64,000 nt of DNA from Bdellovibrionales bacterium (GCA_964230645.1 CAXRHT010000001.1:864001-928000), one strand, 5' to 3'; positions 18,782 to 29,111 are shown, counted from the first letter of the stretch. A program made the numbers and translations. Notes: generated by a model from the letters alone, not told the origin.

Positions 18782-19708
18782 CTAGTAGACAAATTCAGTT
18801 AGATAGCTTTGTAGCCCCTCACTGATTTCTCGATCGGACTGGAAGTGAGACAAGGACGGGAAGGTACGAATTCGAGTCGTATCCCCTTCAAAATGATAGT
18901 CACTAAAACGGTAGCGGTAATTATTCCCCGATGGGCGAAAGGGGTTGAGGTGATCGTTGATTGATCCAGTAGAAAGTTCGGAAACTAAGGCACTGATGAT
19001 ATTTTGCTGTCCCGTCGAATTAATCGGATAGCGACTGAGAATTTCAGACCTAAAAAGTGAGCCCAGCAAGTTTGTTAGCTGATCTTCATCAGCAAACGTT
19101 GCCCCAGAGATCAGACCTTGAAAATATCTATCGGCCAAGATTTGCATTAGGTCTTCTTTGACCAATCCAATAATTCTCTCGGCCAACTCTCGAGGCTGTT
19201 GGATACCCAGCAATGGGCCGGTGTGAGTGTATTCAGTCATGCCAGAAATATGATAGGGCCCCAAATACTTCAGGACAGGATCATCATGGAAACACCCACC
19301 GTTTTCAACCTCGTCTAAAGTAATTGAGCCTTCTTGTAGTCCCTGGGCGTAGCGATTATATATTCTTTCCATGGCCTGGTTTGCCGGCAAAGCTCTTCGA
19401 GCCTCGGCCTCAAGAAGACTGTATTGACGAGCGGTTTCACTTGGGTTTGTTGCCGGAGGACAGAAATTGGGGTCATTGGTTCTCTGCAAAAGCTCCTGAG
19501 GAATAAAATGACACTTCCGAGAGCCTAAATATATATAGTACACATCATTTTCGAGTCGGCAGGAAATTTCACCCGAGCTCTGAACTTCATCGGCCCATTC
19601 ATGGGGGTTTTCAGTGGGCGCCAAACTATCGGCCGAGTCCGTTACTTCGGCATAGGCTGGATTGAGTAAACAACTTAAACCCAAGACCGTTATATATTTC
19701 GAGATCAT
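18782..19708 (-). CDS. Hypothetical secreted protein
   Basis: AAGGA RBS, signal peptide MISKYITVLGLSCLLNPAYA. Confidence 0.7.
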   Translation of the reverse strand: MISKYITVLGLSCLLNPAYAEVTDSADSLAPTENPHEWADEVQSSGEISCRLENDVYYIYLGSRKCHFIPQELLQRTNDPNFCPPATNPSETARQYSLLEAEARRALPANQAMERIYNRYAQGLQEGSITLDEVENGGCFHDDPVLKYLGPYHISGMTEYTHTGPLLGIQQPRELAERIIGLVKEDLMQILADRYFQGLISGATFADEDQLTNLLGSLFRSEILSRYPINSTGQQNIISALVSELSTGSINDHLNPFRPSGNNYRYRFSDYHFEGDTTRIRTFPSLSHFQSDREISEGLQSYLTEFVY

Positions 19709-19748
19709 AAAATTATCCTTTGCAAAAAATGACGATACCAATAGGTAG

Positions 19749-19765
19749 AGCAAGGCCCATGCCGA
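19749..19765 (-). promoter_or_regulatory. Sigma54 promoter candidate
   Basis: TCGGCATGGGCCTTGCT = GG-N10-GC. Confidence 0.65.
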
Positions 19766-19915
19766 CTAAACACAATAAATTTTATTAATAAGGCTATGAA
19801 ATGAGGGAAGCTGACCTATAACGGCAGCAAGGTGTCGATAATTTGAGCCAACTTATCAATTTGAGACAGTTTTAAAATCACCGACTCAATCAATGGTAAA
19901 ACGGCGTTATTAGTA

Positions 19916-21592
19916 CTATTGATAGGATAAAACAGAAAATTCTCTGTTTAAAATCGAATCCGACTCCAAACGTGAGAACGCTGGCATAAAGCTTTGCTCA
20001 AATAACTCTTGATTTAAAACCGCCGGAACTGACACATAACCGGCCAGGTTAGAATTGGGAACGCCTCCCTCTTCTAAGTGGGCTTTAACATTTTGAGCCG
20101 TCACCGGGAGATCTTTTGCCAATGCCTCAACGATCATTCGTGTGGTTTCAGCGGTAGCCATAGAACTTGCCCCGGATTCATTGTTTAGGGCTTCACTTCC
20201 AAAGGGATGAAAAGTTGTAAGGTTATCAGCATAAGAGGCGACCGTAATAGTCTCTCCGTAGTTCACGGAAATATCGTTATACTGAGCCAATTCATCATTG
20301 CCACCGACAGCAGTCACTGAAATAACCTGGGCGTAGTCCCTAGAATATCGTGCCGGACAGTAAGCCACCTCATCCACATTGACTCCATCATTACCTGCAG
20401 CAGTCACCACAATAATATTTGAGTACTGGCTGAAAACTTCACGCCACTGCTCTTCAAAGGGATCATTGTCACCGCACTCATAGGCGTAACTCATATTAAC
20501 AACCTTCACGCCGAGTCTATCAAAATTCTCAAAGATTTCAGAAAGGTCTTCATCGGGAGCATAGCCGTAAGCTTTCCTTACTGAGACCAAACCAATACTT
20601 CCTTGATTCACCAAAATTCGACCAGCCATGGTGGTTTCATGACGAGGGTCACGGTTGGGCATTCTTGGAATGACTTGATCAAAAGGACGACGCGTTCCTA
20701 ATGCTTGATCCATCCACTCAGGAAAACCCACTTGATCTTTCCCTTCTTCAAGTCTTGCAATATCTGCAACAAGTTCATCAAAACGAATGTAGGGAAAGGT
20801 TGTGACTTTTTCTTTAAGCTCAATAAGCTCAACCACATCGTCTTCAAAACTCTCTCTCCCCAAAAGGTGCCTGGCTACTTTTGGGTGATTATAATCCACC
20901 CCAGAACCAATCACCCCCACCACAACTTTAGGATCCCTAACAAGGGAATCAAGATAGTTCTCCCCGTAAATGTCTGAAAGCGACTCATAATCTTGAGAAT
21001 TAATATTTAAATTAATGGCTTGCTGGCGCACAATTTCATCACCCTGGGGTGAGTAGAGTAAATAATATCTTTGGTTTGAATGTTCATCACCAATTCTTCC
21101 GAGCAAGCGATGTGAAAAATAGCTATGTAGCTGTTTGCGGCTATGCATGAAGGTGACATACTGAGAAGTATTGGGAAAGTACTGTTGATAAATATAATGA
21201 GTATTTACGCCTTCATCTTCCATAACAATTTGATGAGATTTATTAAAAAGCTCAAACCGAAGGGCACCTTCTATTTGTTCGTAACCTGCGAAAGAATCGA
21301 TATCGTAAAAGCGCTGAGAGTCTTCCCCACACACCTCAAGGGTTTCATCCATGGCCTCAGACAGAAGGTTTTGAAATTCAGTGGCACTCATGGCGGAGCT
21401 TGCAAGCTTTGGGAAAAGTTTTTCTAAAATATTAAACCAGACATAGTCGGCCTTATAACTGGAATACACCTGTTGAAACCGACACTCACTGGAAGCCGCA
21501 AATTCGGGTGTGGCCTGTGAGAACGGACTCGCCCACAAAGACTGAGTAGTAAGTAATAATATTGAAAGAAGAAGTGTCCCAACTTTTCCCAT
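19916..21592 (-). CDS. Secreted subtilase (S8) homolog with catalytic Asp replaced by Gly
   Basis: VGVIGSGVDYNHP, RHETTMAG, NMSY, AAGNDG, SSMATA; signal peptide. Confidence 0.8.
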   Translation of the reverse strand: MGKVGTLLLSILLLTTQSLWASPFSQATPEFAASSECRFQQVYSSYKADYVWFNILEKLFPKLASSAMSATEFQNLLSEAMDETLEVCGEDSQRFYDIDSFAGYEQIEGALRFELFNKSHQIVMEDEGVNTHYIYQQYFPNTSQYVTFMHSRKQLHSYFSHRLLGRIGDEHSNQRYYLLYSPQGDEIVRQQAINLNINSQDYESLSDIYGENYLDSLVRDPKVVVGVIGSGVDYNHPKVARHLLGRESFEDDVVELIELKEKVTTFPYIRFDELVADIARLEEGKDQVGFPEWMDQALGTRRPFDQVIPRMPNRDPRHETTMAGRILVNQGSIGLVSVRKAYGYAPDEDLSEIFENFDRLGVKVVNMSYAYECGDNDPFEEQWREVFSQYSNIIVVTAAGNDGVNVDEVAYCPARYSRDYAQVISVTAVGGNDELAQYNDISVNYGETITVASYADNLTTFHPFGSEALNNESGASSMATAETTRMIVEALAKDLPVTAQNVKAHLEEGGVPNSNLAGYVSVPAVLNQELFEQSFMPAFSRLESDSILNREFSVLSYQ

Positions 21593-21842
21593 AAGAATGT
21601 CCCCTTGTTTACCCTGGCTATCAAAGTCATGTCCCAATAAACCCTGAAAGCCACGCCCAGTTTATCAAAGTCTTTTCAATAACTTAGAAAAAAGACGAAC
21701 AAGTGAAAACTCTACATTTTGAAAGTGTATTTATTATTCTGTTTTTACGAGAGAGGATCTAATGGATATCAGATGGAAGACAAAGGACCTTCCATCACAA
21801 TTGTCTACTTATTCCACAGGCAAAAAGAAGCTCTAGAGTCTC

Positions 21843-22139
21843 TCAATCGCAGAGAAAGGCTGTTCCACGAACAGCCGTACCCATAGCTCCGGACTTTTTG
21901 ATCTGAACGTAATTGGCCCCTTTAAAGGCAGCATCTTTTTTAAGGTCCTCAAGGGCCTCCTCAAAGTTGCCTTGAGTGCTCATTGTGCGTCCCTCAACGG
22001 GTCCAAGCTCTTTACAGTCCTCATCGGCGGCATCCCGGCTGACTTCAACATTTTCGGCTTCGGGTTTCACTGGAGGACGATTGGAGCAAGCGCTCATTAA
22101 TAAAGAAATAGTAAAAAAGCACAGGGTCCATAATTTCAT
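21843..22139 (-). CDS. Small lipoprotein (DUF4156-like)
   Basis: MSAC lipobox, C..LG.V, GANYV, terminal Cys. Confidence 0.75.
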   Translation of the reverse strand: MKLWTLCFFTISLLMSACSNRPPVKPEAENVEVSRDAADEDCKELGPVEGRTMSTQGNFEEALEDLKKDAAFKGANYVQIKKSGAMGTAVRGTAFLCD

Positions 22140-22264
22140 AAAAACTCCTCAGTAAAGGAAATTGAAATCTAAATCATCGTTAAGATTATTTTGCAGGAAG
22201 CTTCAAGGGATGACAATTAAAACCATCCCTGAAGAGGCCAGAATCCCTCTTGGCCGGTAGGATA

Positions 22265-22753
22265 TTATTTTTTTAGAGCCAGGAGCTCTTCTTTAATCGG
22301 ATCGGAATCACTAATTCCAAGATTCTTTAAAATATAGAGAACGGATTTCTCACTGCCATTATTTTCAAGCATATCAACAGTTCCTGCAAATCGGGCGGTG
22401 GTGAGTTTACTCGGAGAAAATACAAAGAACTTTTCTCCATTAAACAGTCTGTAAGCGTCCACTATTTTTGCATCCGTACGCGCGTTCGGCTCGGACATAT
22501 CTAACTTATGGCAATTCAATTGATACTTATGACAAAGTCCATCGATTTCTTTTTGTCGTTCTTTGTCTTTTTTGCTCTCTTCGTTATTGATCACCAAAAA
22601 GTTTTTGTTACCAAAGCGTTTAAAATGATCCACTTCAAAATCAGAAACCGAAGTTGATGTGTAAGCTTGTGATTTATAAATATAAACATCCGGGTGGGTT
22701 TCAGAACAGGCTGTTAATGAAAAAACAAAAAGAATCATTAAAAAATACTTCAT
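22265..22753 (-). CDS. Hypothetical lipoprotein
   Basis: LTAC lipobox, AGGAG RBS. Confidence 0.7.
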   Translation of the reverse strand: MKYFLMILFVFSLTACSETHPDVYIYKSQAYTSTSVSDFEVDHFKRFGNKNFLVINNEESKKDKERQKEIDGLCHKYQLNCHKLDMSEPNARTDAKIVDAYRLFNGEKFFVFSPSKLTTARFAGTVDMLENNGSEKSVLYILKNLGISDSDPIKEELLALKK

Positions 22754-22913
22754 AAGCTCTCCTGGATGAAGACCTTATTGTAGACCAAAAGAGAAAAGCA
22801 CCCAAGCTTTCACCCAGACCACAAAATCAAATTTTTGTTCCAATTATCCTAGGAGCCTAGGTTTTATAACGAAACAATCTTTCCCCGTTAATGACTCCAA
22901 CTAGACCAAAGAC

Positions 22914-23129
22914 ATGCCGCCCTGAACTCCATTGGTCGCCCTGAACTCCAAATGTCGTCCTGTACTCCAAATGTCGTCCTGAGCGTAGCGAAGGACCTTT
23001 ACCGAGGACTGTGATTGATAACGCGAACTCAGTGGAGATAGATTCTTCGCTACGCTCAGAATGACAGTGTGTTCATTCAGAGTAACAATGCGTACGCCCA
23101 GAAAGACAATGCGTACGCGAAGAATGACT
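22914..23129. repeat. Further REP-like palindromic element with degenerate tandem end units
   Basis: TGTCGTCCTGAGCGTAGCGAAGGAC..AGATTCTTCGCTACGCTCAGAATGACA core; 19-nt units left, 21-nt units right. Confidence 0.8.
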
Positions 23130-23139
23130 ATGTGTAAGA

Positions 23140-24270
23140 TCAAGTCTTTTTAATTTTGTAATGAATCCAGCGACAGTCAACCCCACCGTTATCAATAGGA
23201 TGACGTTTCTCAGCTTTAAGCTTCAGAAATTGAGTCCACTTCGGGTCTCCCGAAAGCATCCAAACATCCCAACCAGAAAAGTTTTGCTTAAGATTGTAGG
23301 ATAAGTTTTTATAAAGCTCTTCTAGGAAAAACTCATCTCCCATTCGTACACCGTAGGGAGGGTTTGTCACGATCATGCCATTTTCAACGGGAGGCTCTAA
23401 AGTGGTGGCATCGCCTTTTTCAAATTCGATCAGGTCATCCACACCGGCTTCCTCGGCATTTCTGCGCGCTGCTTGCACGTTGGCAAACTTTTTATCAAAT
23501 CCGTAGAGTTTAAAATCCGGACCTTCATTTTCCATAGCCATAACTTCGTTGATTTCTTTATCAAAAAGATCCTCTGGCACATGCTCAAAATACTGGAAAG
23601 AAAACTTCTTATGAAAAGTTCCAGGACTTATGGATTTTAATTTCAAAGCAGCTTCAATTAAAAGTGTTCCGGAGCCACACATAGGATCCACCAAAGGTGT
23701 TTCCATATCCCAGTTTGAAAGTTGCAAAAGGCCGGCTGCTACATGCTCTCGCATAGGGGCTTCTACCGAGTGCTCCCTGTAACCACGCTGACTCAAAGAG
23801 TGCCCTGAAGTGTCTACAGACAAACGGTATTCGTTTTTTGAACCAAAGATAAAAAAGCGCACATTGGGTAATTTTTTGTCAATACTTGGACGCTCGCCAA
23901 ACTTCTCATTGAACTGATCGGCAATGACGTCTTTCACTTTCATGGCCAAAATTCTTTGATCATTGATCGAACACTGATTCAATTTGGCCTTGATGGAGAA
24001 GGTCATCTTGGGAGTCAGATAACGGGTGAAATCGTGTTTTTGAACGTTGTTATAAAGCTCATCGACTTTATAAGCCGGGAAATCGAGAATCGGTAAAGCA
24101 ATCCTTGTGGCAATTCGAGATCTTAAATTGGCTTTGGCACAATCCGACCAGGGGCCCTCAAAAGAGCACCCTTGTTTATCCACTTTTCCGACTTTGAGTC
24201 CAAAACTTCTTAGCTCTTCTGCAAGAGCCTCGCTCAACCCACGAGAGGTTGAAGCATAAAACTGGGGCAT
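23140..24270 (-). CDS. rlmL: THUMP-domain rRNA methyltransferase (RlmL-like, m2G)
   Basis: RGYR, AP..E.VAA, DPMCGSGTLLIEAA, TNPPYG. Confidence 0.85.
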   Translation of the reverse strand: MPQFYASTSRGLSEALAEELRSFGLKVGKVDKQGCSFEGPWSDCAKANLRSRIATRIALPILDFPAYKVDELYNNVQKHDFTRYLTPKMTFSIKAKLNQCSINDQRILAMKVKDVIADQFNEKFGERPSIDKKLPNVRFFIFGSKNEYRLSVDTSGHSLSQRGYREHSVEAPMREHVAAGLLQLSNWDMETPLVDPMCGSGTLLIEAALKLKSISPGTFHKKFSFQYFEHVPEDLFDKEINEVMAMENEGPDFKLYGFDKKFANVQAARRNAEEAGVDDLIEFEKGDATTLEPPVENGMIVTNPPYGVRMGDEFFLEELYKNLSYNLKQNFSGWDVWMLSGDPKWTQFLKLKAEKRHPIDNGGVDCRWIHYKIKKT

Positions 24271-24276
24271 AAAAAC

Positions 24277-25977
24277 CTACATGATTTGATAATTGGGGCC
24301 TCCACCGGCCTCCGGTAAAGTCCAATCAATGTTATTAAACGGACATTTTATATCACAGGTCTGGCAGTGAATGCAGTTGGTAAAGTTTATTTGTAGCTTT
24401 TTCTTTCCCTCACCGGCTTCCTCATCATCAATCATCTCGTACACATTGGCAGGACAGAAGTGATGGCAAGGCGACTTGTACTTAGGATAGCAGGTATCCT
24501 GACATATGTTTCCATTTTGAAGCTTCAGGTGGTTAGGAGAGTCCTCATCGTGCATGGTGCCTGTCATATAAACACTACTGAGTTTATCAAAAAAGAGCTT
24601 ATTATCAGGCTCGGGGAGCTGGTTTTGCTTATGCTCAGTTCCCGCTGCTCCCCACACATCAAGAACTGTAAGAGTGGTCTCATAGTCTTTATGTTTAATG
24701 GGTAGCTCATCAAAAAGCCCTCGGCCATTGGTGATCTCTTGAAGCATCAGTTCCGGGGCTGAGAGAAAAACACCTTTAGAGATCGTTTGGTGAAAGTTTC
24801 TGGTTTGCCAGAGCTCTTCTTTTACAAAAGAGGCCTGAATTTTCTTATCATAAGCGGATAGAAATTCCTCAGAGAAATCGCCCGCTTTAAGGGCGTCGAA
24901 AGCTGTTTCACCAGCTAACATCCCTGACTTCATAGCTAAGTGGATTCCTTTGAGTTTTTTCACATCCACCATGCTCGCAGCATCCCCACTGACTAAGAGG
25001 CCGTGGTGATAAAGCTTCGGCATAGAGTACCATCCACCAGCAGGAAGAGTTTTACCTCCATAGGCAATAACCTCTCCCCCTTTAAGCTTTTCCTGGAAGA
25101 AGGGGTGAGTTTTAAGTTTTTGCAGTTCACGATGGGGATTCAACAAAGGATCTTCGGTATCAAGGTAGGCACAAAGTCCCACAACAATTTGATCATCAGG
25201 AAGGCCATAAATAAAAGTTCCACCCACCCCTTTTGTTAAAGGGTATCCAAGGGTGTGAATGACTTCACCTGTGACTCCTTGACCTTTTGGAAGCTGAATA
25301 ATTTCTTTTACACCCAGCTCAAAAACCTCAGGATTCTTACCTTCTCGAAGATTTAATTTCTCAGAAACTCTTTTAAAAAGTGGACTTCTTGTACCGTCAG
25401 CAAAAATCGTAACACCTGATTTAATCAGCATTCCAGGCTCAAAGTTCTCTTTGGGGTTACCGTCTTTATCAAGACCACGATCGCCCGTTTGAACACCAAC
25501 AACTTTGTCACCTTCGTAAAGAGCTTCAACGGCCGAGAAGCCTGCAAAAACGTTAATGCCCATGGCCTCAGCCTGCTCACCGAGCCAACGGTTGAACTGA
25601 GCAATAGAAATAATTTTGTTGCCATGATTTTTAAAAGGAGGCGGCAGCATGGGAGACTTCATTTTAAAATCCTCTCCCAGGTAATAAACAGCCTCTTTAG
25701 TAACATCACTTAAAATGGGACAGCCTCTTTCCTCGTAGTCAGGAAAAAGTTCATAAAGGGCCGAAGGGTTCATCACGGCGCCAGAGAGAGAATGAGCCCC
25801 CACTTCCGCGGCTTTTTCAAGAACAACCACCATGGGATCGATCGTGTTATCAGGATTGGCTTCGTTGTGCTCATTCACTTTTTTCTGAAACTGAATGGCG
25901 GCTGCAAGGCCTGCTGAGCCTCCTCCGATGATCAGAACATCCACTTCCATTTCTTCTCGTTGTATTTCGTTTTCCAT
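24277..25977 (-). CDS. Electron transfer flavoprotein-ubiquinone oxidoreductase
   Basis: GGGSAG FAD motif, HSLSGA, KGIHLAMKSG, CPANVYE, NCIHCQTCDIKCP, PEAGGGP. Confidence 0.95.
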   Translation of the reverse strand: MENEIQREEMEVDVLIIGGGSAGLAAAIQFQKKVNEHNEANPDNTIDPMVVVLEKAAEVGAHSLSGAVMNPSALYELFPDYEERGCPILSDVTKEAVYYLGEDFKMKSPMLPPPFKNHGNKIISIAQFNRWLGEQAEAMGINVFAGFSAVEALYEGDKVVGVQTGDRGLDKDGNPKENFEPGMLIKSGVTIFADGTRSPLFKRVSEKLNLREGKNPEVFELGVKEIIQLPKGQGVTGEVIHTLGYPLTKGVGGTFIYGLPDDQIVVGLCAYLDTEDPLLNPHRELQKLKTHPFFQEKLKGGEVIAYGGKTLPAGGWYSMPKLYHHGLLVSGDAASMVDVKKLKGIHLAMKSGMLAGETAFDALKAGDFSEEFLSAYDKKIQASFVKEELWQTRNFHQTISKGVFLSAPELMLQEITNGRGLFDELPIKHKDYETTLTVLDVWGAAGTEHKQNQLPEPDNKLFFDKLSSVYMTGTMHDEDSPNHLKLQNGNICQDTCYPKYKSPCHHFCPANVYEMIDDEEAGEGKKKLQINFTNCIHCQTCDIKCPFNNIDWTLPEAGGGPNYQIM

Positions 25978-26125
25978 GGGTTCCCCACTCCTTTTGAAAT
26001 GGCCCTCAACATATTGAAAACTAAAAGAAAATTCAAGACTTCCAGGCGTTAACCCTCTAGGTCGTCGGACTATTGAAAACCTTTATCAAAAGAAGCTTTA
26101 AATGGGATTTAAAAGCGATAAGAAA

Positions 26126-27004
26126 CTATCTGCCGTGATATTGATCAATCAATTGATTCACTTCTTCATGAATTGACTGGGCTTTGAGCGCTTGCAGTCT
26201 TTGATCTTTTGTTCCTGACCAAAATTTAGGCTCATAGAGAATCTCACAGGCTCTCTGTCTTTGATTCTCACTAATTGAGTCATGCTGAAAGCAGCACAAT
26301 TGCGACAAATAAACCAGGTCCGGGTACTCATCAGGATGATGAGAAAGTCCCGTCCAGTGCATCATCTCATGAAACAACAAAGACGATGAGTTCTCCGTTT
26401 TGTGATAAAGCGGGTTTCTCTTTCCAGATTCCACCACCACATCTTTTAAAGAGTCCCCGTAGAAATTGTAAAAGCCATCAATATCATCCTCATCCATATT
26501 GAGTGGAAAGTTACCCGCCATGCGATTGGTGTCCATGTAAATGGAAGGAGGCTCGGGCATATCAAGAAAAACGCCCCCCGGACCAATATCGTCGGGATTC
26601 AATCCCGAATTCGAGACAGCAAAAAAACTATGATACTCACCAAAGGTGCAAGCCACCGTTTTTTTCTTTGGTGAAAGTAAAAGCTTAAAGAGTTCTTTTA
26701 ATTTTTGCTGAGCAAATTTCGGAGCCTCGCGCCCCTCAAATTTACGACTTAAACATAAAGAGCTTTTTTGCACCAAAAACTGGAAATCCTCATGGACGTT
26801 ACTAAGGCCATTCACCGAGTAATTATGATAGGGATAAGATTGGCAATTCTCTACCCCCATATTCAAATCGGGGTAGAGGCCCTGACTCTCATCCATTGTT
26901 TCAAAGTTTGTGGCTTTTTCTAAAACTTGAGAATGACTCGGGCCCAAGGAGTCTTGGGCCTGAGTTGAAAAACTGAAAAATAATAAACTAAGAAAAAGAA
27001 AAAT
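26126..27004 (-). CDS. Secreted HEXXH putative metallopeptidase; start non-canonical (ATT) or frameshifted
   Basis: FHEMMHWTG; in-frame signal-like IFLFLSLLFFSFSTQAQ upstream of the ORF-track TTG, but no in-frame ATG. Confidence 0.65.
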   Translation of the reverse strand: MFLFLSLLFFSFSTQAQDSLGPSHSQVLEKATNFETMDESQGLYPDLNMGVENCQSYPYHNYSVNGLSNVHEDFQFLVQKSSLCLSRKFEGREAPKFAQQKLKELFKLLLSPKKKTVACTFGEYHSFFAVSNSGLNPDDIGPGGVFLDMPEPPSIYMDTNRMAGNFPLNMDEDDIDGFYNFYGDSLKDVVVESGKRNPLYHKTENSSSLLFHEMMHWTGLSHHPDEYPDLVYLSQLCCFQHDSISENQRQRACEILYEPKFWSGTKDQRLQALKAQSIHEEVNQLIDQYHGR

Positions 27005-27296
27005 GATTCCCCCCGGATCAGTACTGACAACCTAGGGTCATTCTTATCCTGTGGGTATTTCATTTTTGTTTGTGGCCCTATAAATATTGTTAATAGAAGA
27101 CTGAGAACTAATTAAAGCAGCAAACAAAACTTAATTCTTTTTGATGCAAATCCCCATTCTCTCTTTCCTGAAAAATTAACAATAAAACCCCAAGTAAAAT
27201 TTCTCTGCTCCCCATCTATAAGAGAAATTTTTAGAAAAAGTTTGCATTGCGCACAGCTCAAATACTATGAGCAGAGAGGAATCCGGGGGGAATCAT
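27003..27296. repeat. Perfect 16-bp inverted repeat ATCCGGGGGGAATCAT flanking a 262-bp intergenic segment
   Basis: 27003-27018 (atgattccccccggat) is the exact reverse complement of 27281-27296. Confidence 0.85.
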
Positions 27297-27912
27297 GGGG
27301 AATCATCTCAAACTTTTTCTTATAACCTTCTTTATCTATACAACAGCGCAAGGCTCACTTGTTGAGTCCTATCTTGGCGACGATTGCAAAAATTATGGCC
27401 GCATCTACTTTTGTGGCGAAGATCAACATTTTGAAAATTTTCAAAAGTGGATGATCGAAGTTTTAGACTCGAATGTCGGTAGCCTCACCATGGAGTTGAT
27501 CGAAAAATCCCCCAATCGCCTCCTGATCCGACACTCAAGTTTTGCTGTAAGCTCAGGGGGTAAAACCCTAGCCCCACTCAGCTCAAAATTAACTAACGGT
27601 ATTGGTGATGACATAGTCATAGAAATGAACTTTGAAATGCCGGACTCGGGCTCTCACCTTGTCCCCGAGAAGGGAAGTGATGAACTTATTGCTTTCACTG
27701 CCGCTCAAAATTTAATGCACGAACTCTCTCACGCTCAACATAAAATGAATGGAACATGGGCTATGATGGATTCCGAAGGACAAGCCATCGTTGATGAAAA
27801 CCAGTTCCGAGTGGAAACCACTCCCGAAGGTGTTGAGCCTCGATTACGAAACGCCAGAGAGTACGGCGAAGGAATTCAAATTTGGCCTGAGGAAGAAAAG
27901 AAGAGCTCTTAA
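27295..27912 (+). CDS. Secreted HEXXH metallopeptidase-like protein (M91-like)
   Basis: Signal peptide; LMHELSHAQHKMNG, E..AI..EN.FR. Confidence 0.7.
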   Translation: MGNHLKLFLITFFIYTTAQGSLVESYLGDDCKNYGRIYFCGEDQHFENFQKWMIEVLDSNVGSLTMELIEKSPNRLLIRHSSFAVSSGGKTLAPLSSKLTNGIGDDIVIEMNFEMPDSGSHLVPEKGSDELIAFTAAQNLMHELSHAQHKMNGTWAMMDSEGQAIVDENQFRVETTPEGVEPRLRNAREYGEGIQIWPEEEKKSS

Positions 27913-27915
27913 AGA

Positions 27916-28242
27916 TTACTTTTTATTTTTTTTCTTTAAATCTTCAACAACGCGGGACTGAATCCAATTGCGCGAAAGTTGCGGTTCACTGTAGGGAATC
28001 TCATCGACAACGGAGAGTTGTCCAGACCACTCATAGTTGGAATCATCACTAGAAGCCTCGTGCAGACTAGAAATAGTTCTTTGGGAAGCTTGATTAGAAA
28101 ATAAGGGCTCTTCTAACTCTTCTGTTTTTAAAAAGGACTCTTCGATCACTGTTTCATTTTCATCGATCGTAATTCCCCCATCAAGCTGAGCAAAACTGGC
28201 GTGAGAAAAAAGACCGATTAAAAGCAGTAAGAAGAATTTCAT
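27916..28242 (-). CDS. Hypothetical secreted protein
   Basis: Signal peptide MKFFLLLLIGLFSHASFA. Confidence 0.65.
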   Translation of the reverse strand: MKFFLLLLIGLFSHASFAQLDGGITIDENETVIEESFLKTEELEEPLFSNQASQRTISSLHEASSDDSNYEWSGQLSVVDEIPYSEPQLSRNWIQSRVVEDLKKKNKK

Positions 28243-28244
28243 AT

Positions 28245-29111
28245 TTATTTAAACTCCAATTTAAAGTGGCGATGGTTTCTAACCGGAACCGACTGTCTAT
28301 AGTCTACCAGTTTTTTACGTTCCAACACCACACTCATCGGCTCATGCTCGGACAAAGTAGAGTCTAAAAAATCTCTGTAGTTACCAGATTCACTTAAGAT
28401 CCGCCCCCAAGGGCTAATGGCCAGACTTTGGCCCCAAGTCTTTCGTATTTTTTCAAGCTTTAGGTCGCGGTGAGTGCCCACTTGCGCTGGGGCTAAAACA
28501 TAGGATTGGCACTCAATGGCTCGCGCCTGCAAAAGAGGTTTCCAATGCACCTCTCCGGTTTTTGTTGTGAAAGCTGAGGGGACTAAAAACACATCCACGT
28601 CTTCTGTTTGCATATAATGCAAATAAAGCTCAGGAAATCTTAAGTCATAGCAAATTGTCGTGGCAAACTTCCATCCTTCGATTTCAAAAACAGAGGTGCG
28701 CTTTCCTTTTTTATAAGACCTTGATTCTTCAACCGCGACCCCTGGCCCCAAATTCACATCAAAAAGGTGGAGCTTTTCATAGGTCTCCTGCATTTCTCCC
28801 TTATCATTGATCAAAAGGGCTTCGTTATAGACCTCTCCATCAATGAGCCAAGGGATCCCACCAAGGTGAATCCATAATTTGTTTTCTTTTGCCAGCTGCT
28901 GGAGAGTGACAATTTCTTTGGAATCTTTTGTAAAGGCCGCTTTTTTAGGAATGGGCTCATTGCCAAGATTTAGATAAAGGCTATTTTCCGGAAGACAGAG
29001 AAGTTTTGTGTCCTTCTCCAATTTTTTAAGGGCCAATTTAATAAATTGCAGATTGGTTGTGGAGTCATCAATTGAGGTCATTGGTAGCATTGCTACTTTT
29101 AAAGAATCCAT
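28245..29111 (-). CDS. Carbon-nitrogen hydrolase (Nit1-like amidase)
   Basis: LPEN, KLHLFDV, ICYDLRFPE triad; ARAIE. Confidence 0.9.
   Translation of the reverse strand: MDSLKVAMLPMTSIDDSTTNLQFIKLALKKLEKDTKLLCLPENSLYLNLGNEPIPKKAAFTKDSKEIVTLQQLAKENKLWIHLGGIPWLIDGEVYNEALLINDKGEMQETYEKLHLFDVNLGPGVAVEESRSYKKGKRTSVFEIEGWKFATTICYDLRFPELYLHYMQTEDVDVFLVPSAFTTKTGEVHWKPLLQARAIECQSYVLAPAQVGTHRDLKLEKIRKTWGQSLAISPWGRILSESGNYRDFLDSTLSEHEPMSVVLERKKLVDYRQSVPVRNHRHFKLEFK

Noticed and set aside
22901..23143. 80-aa ORF
   Set aside because: Translation of the REP-like repeat
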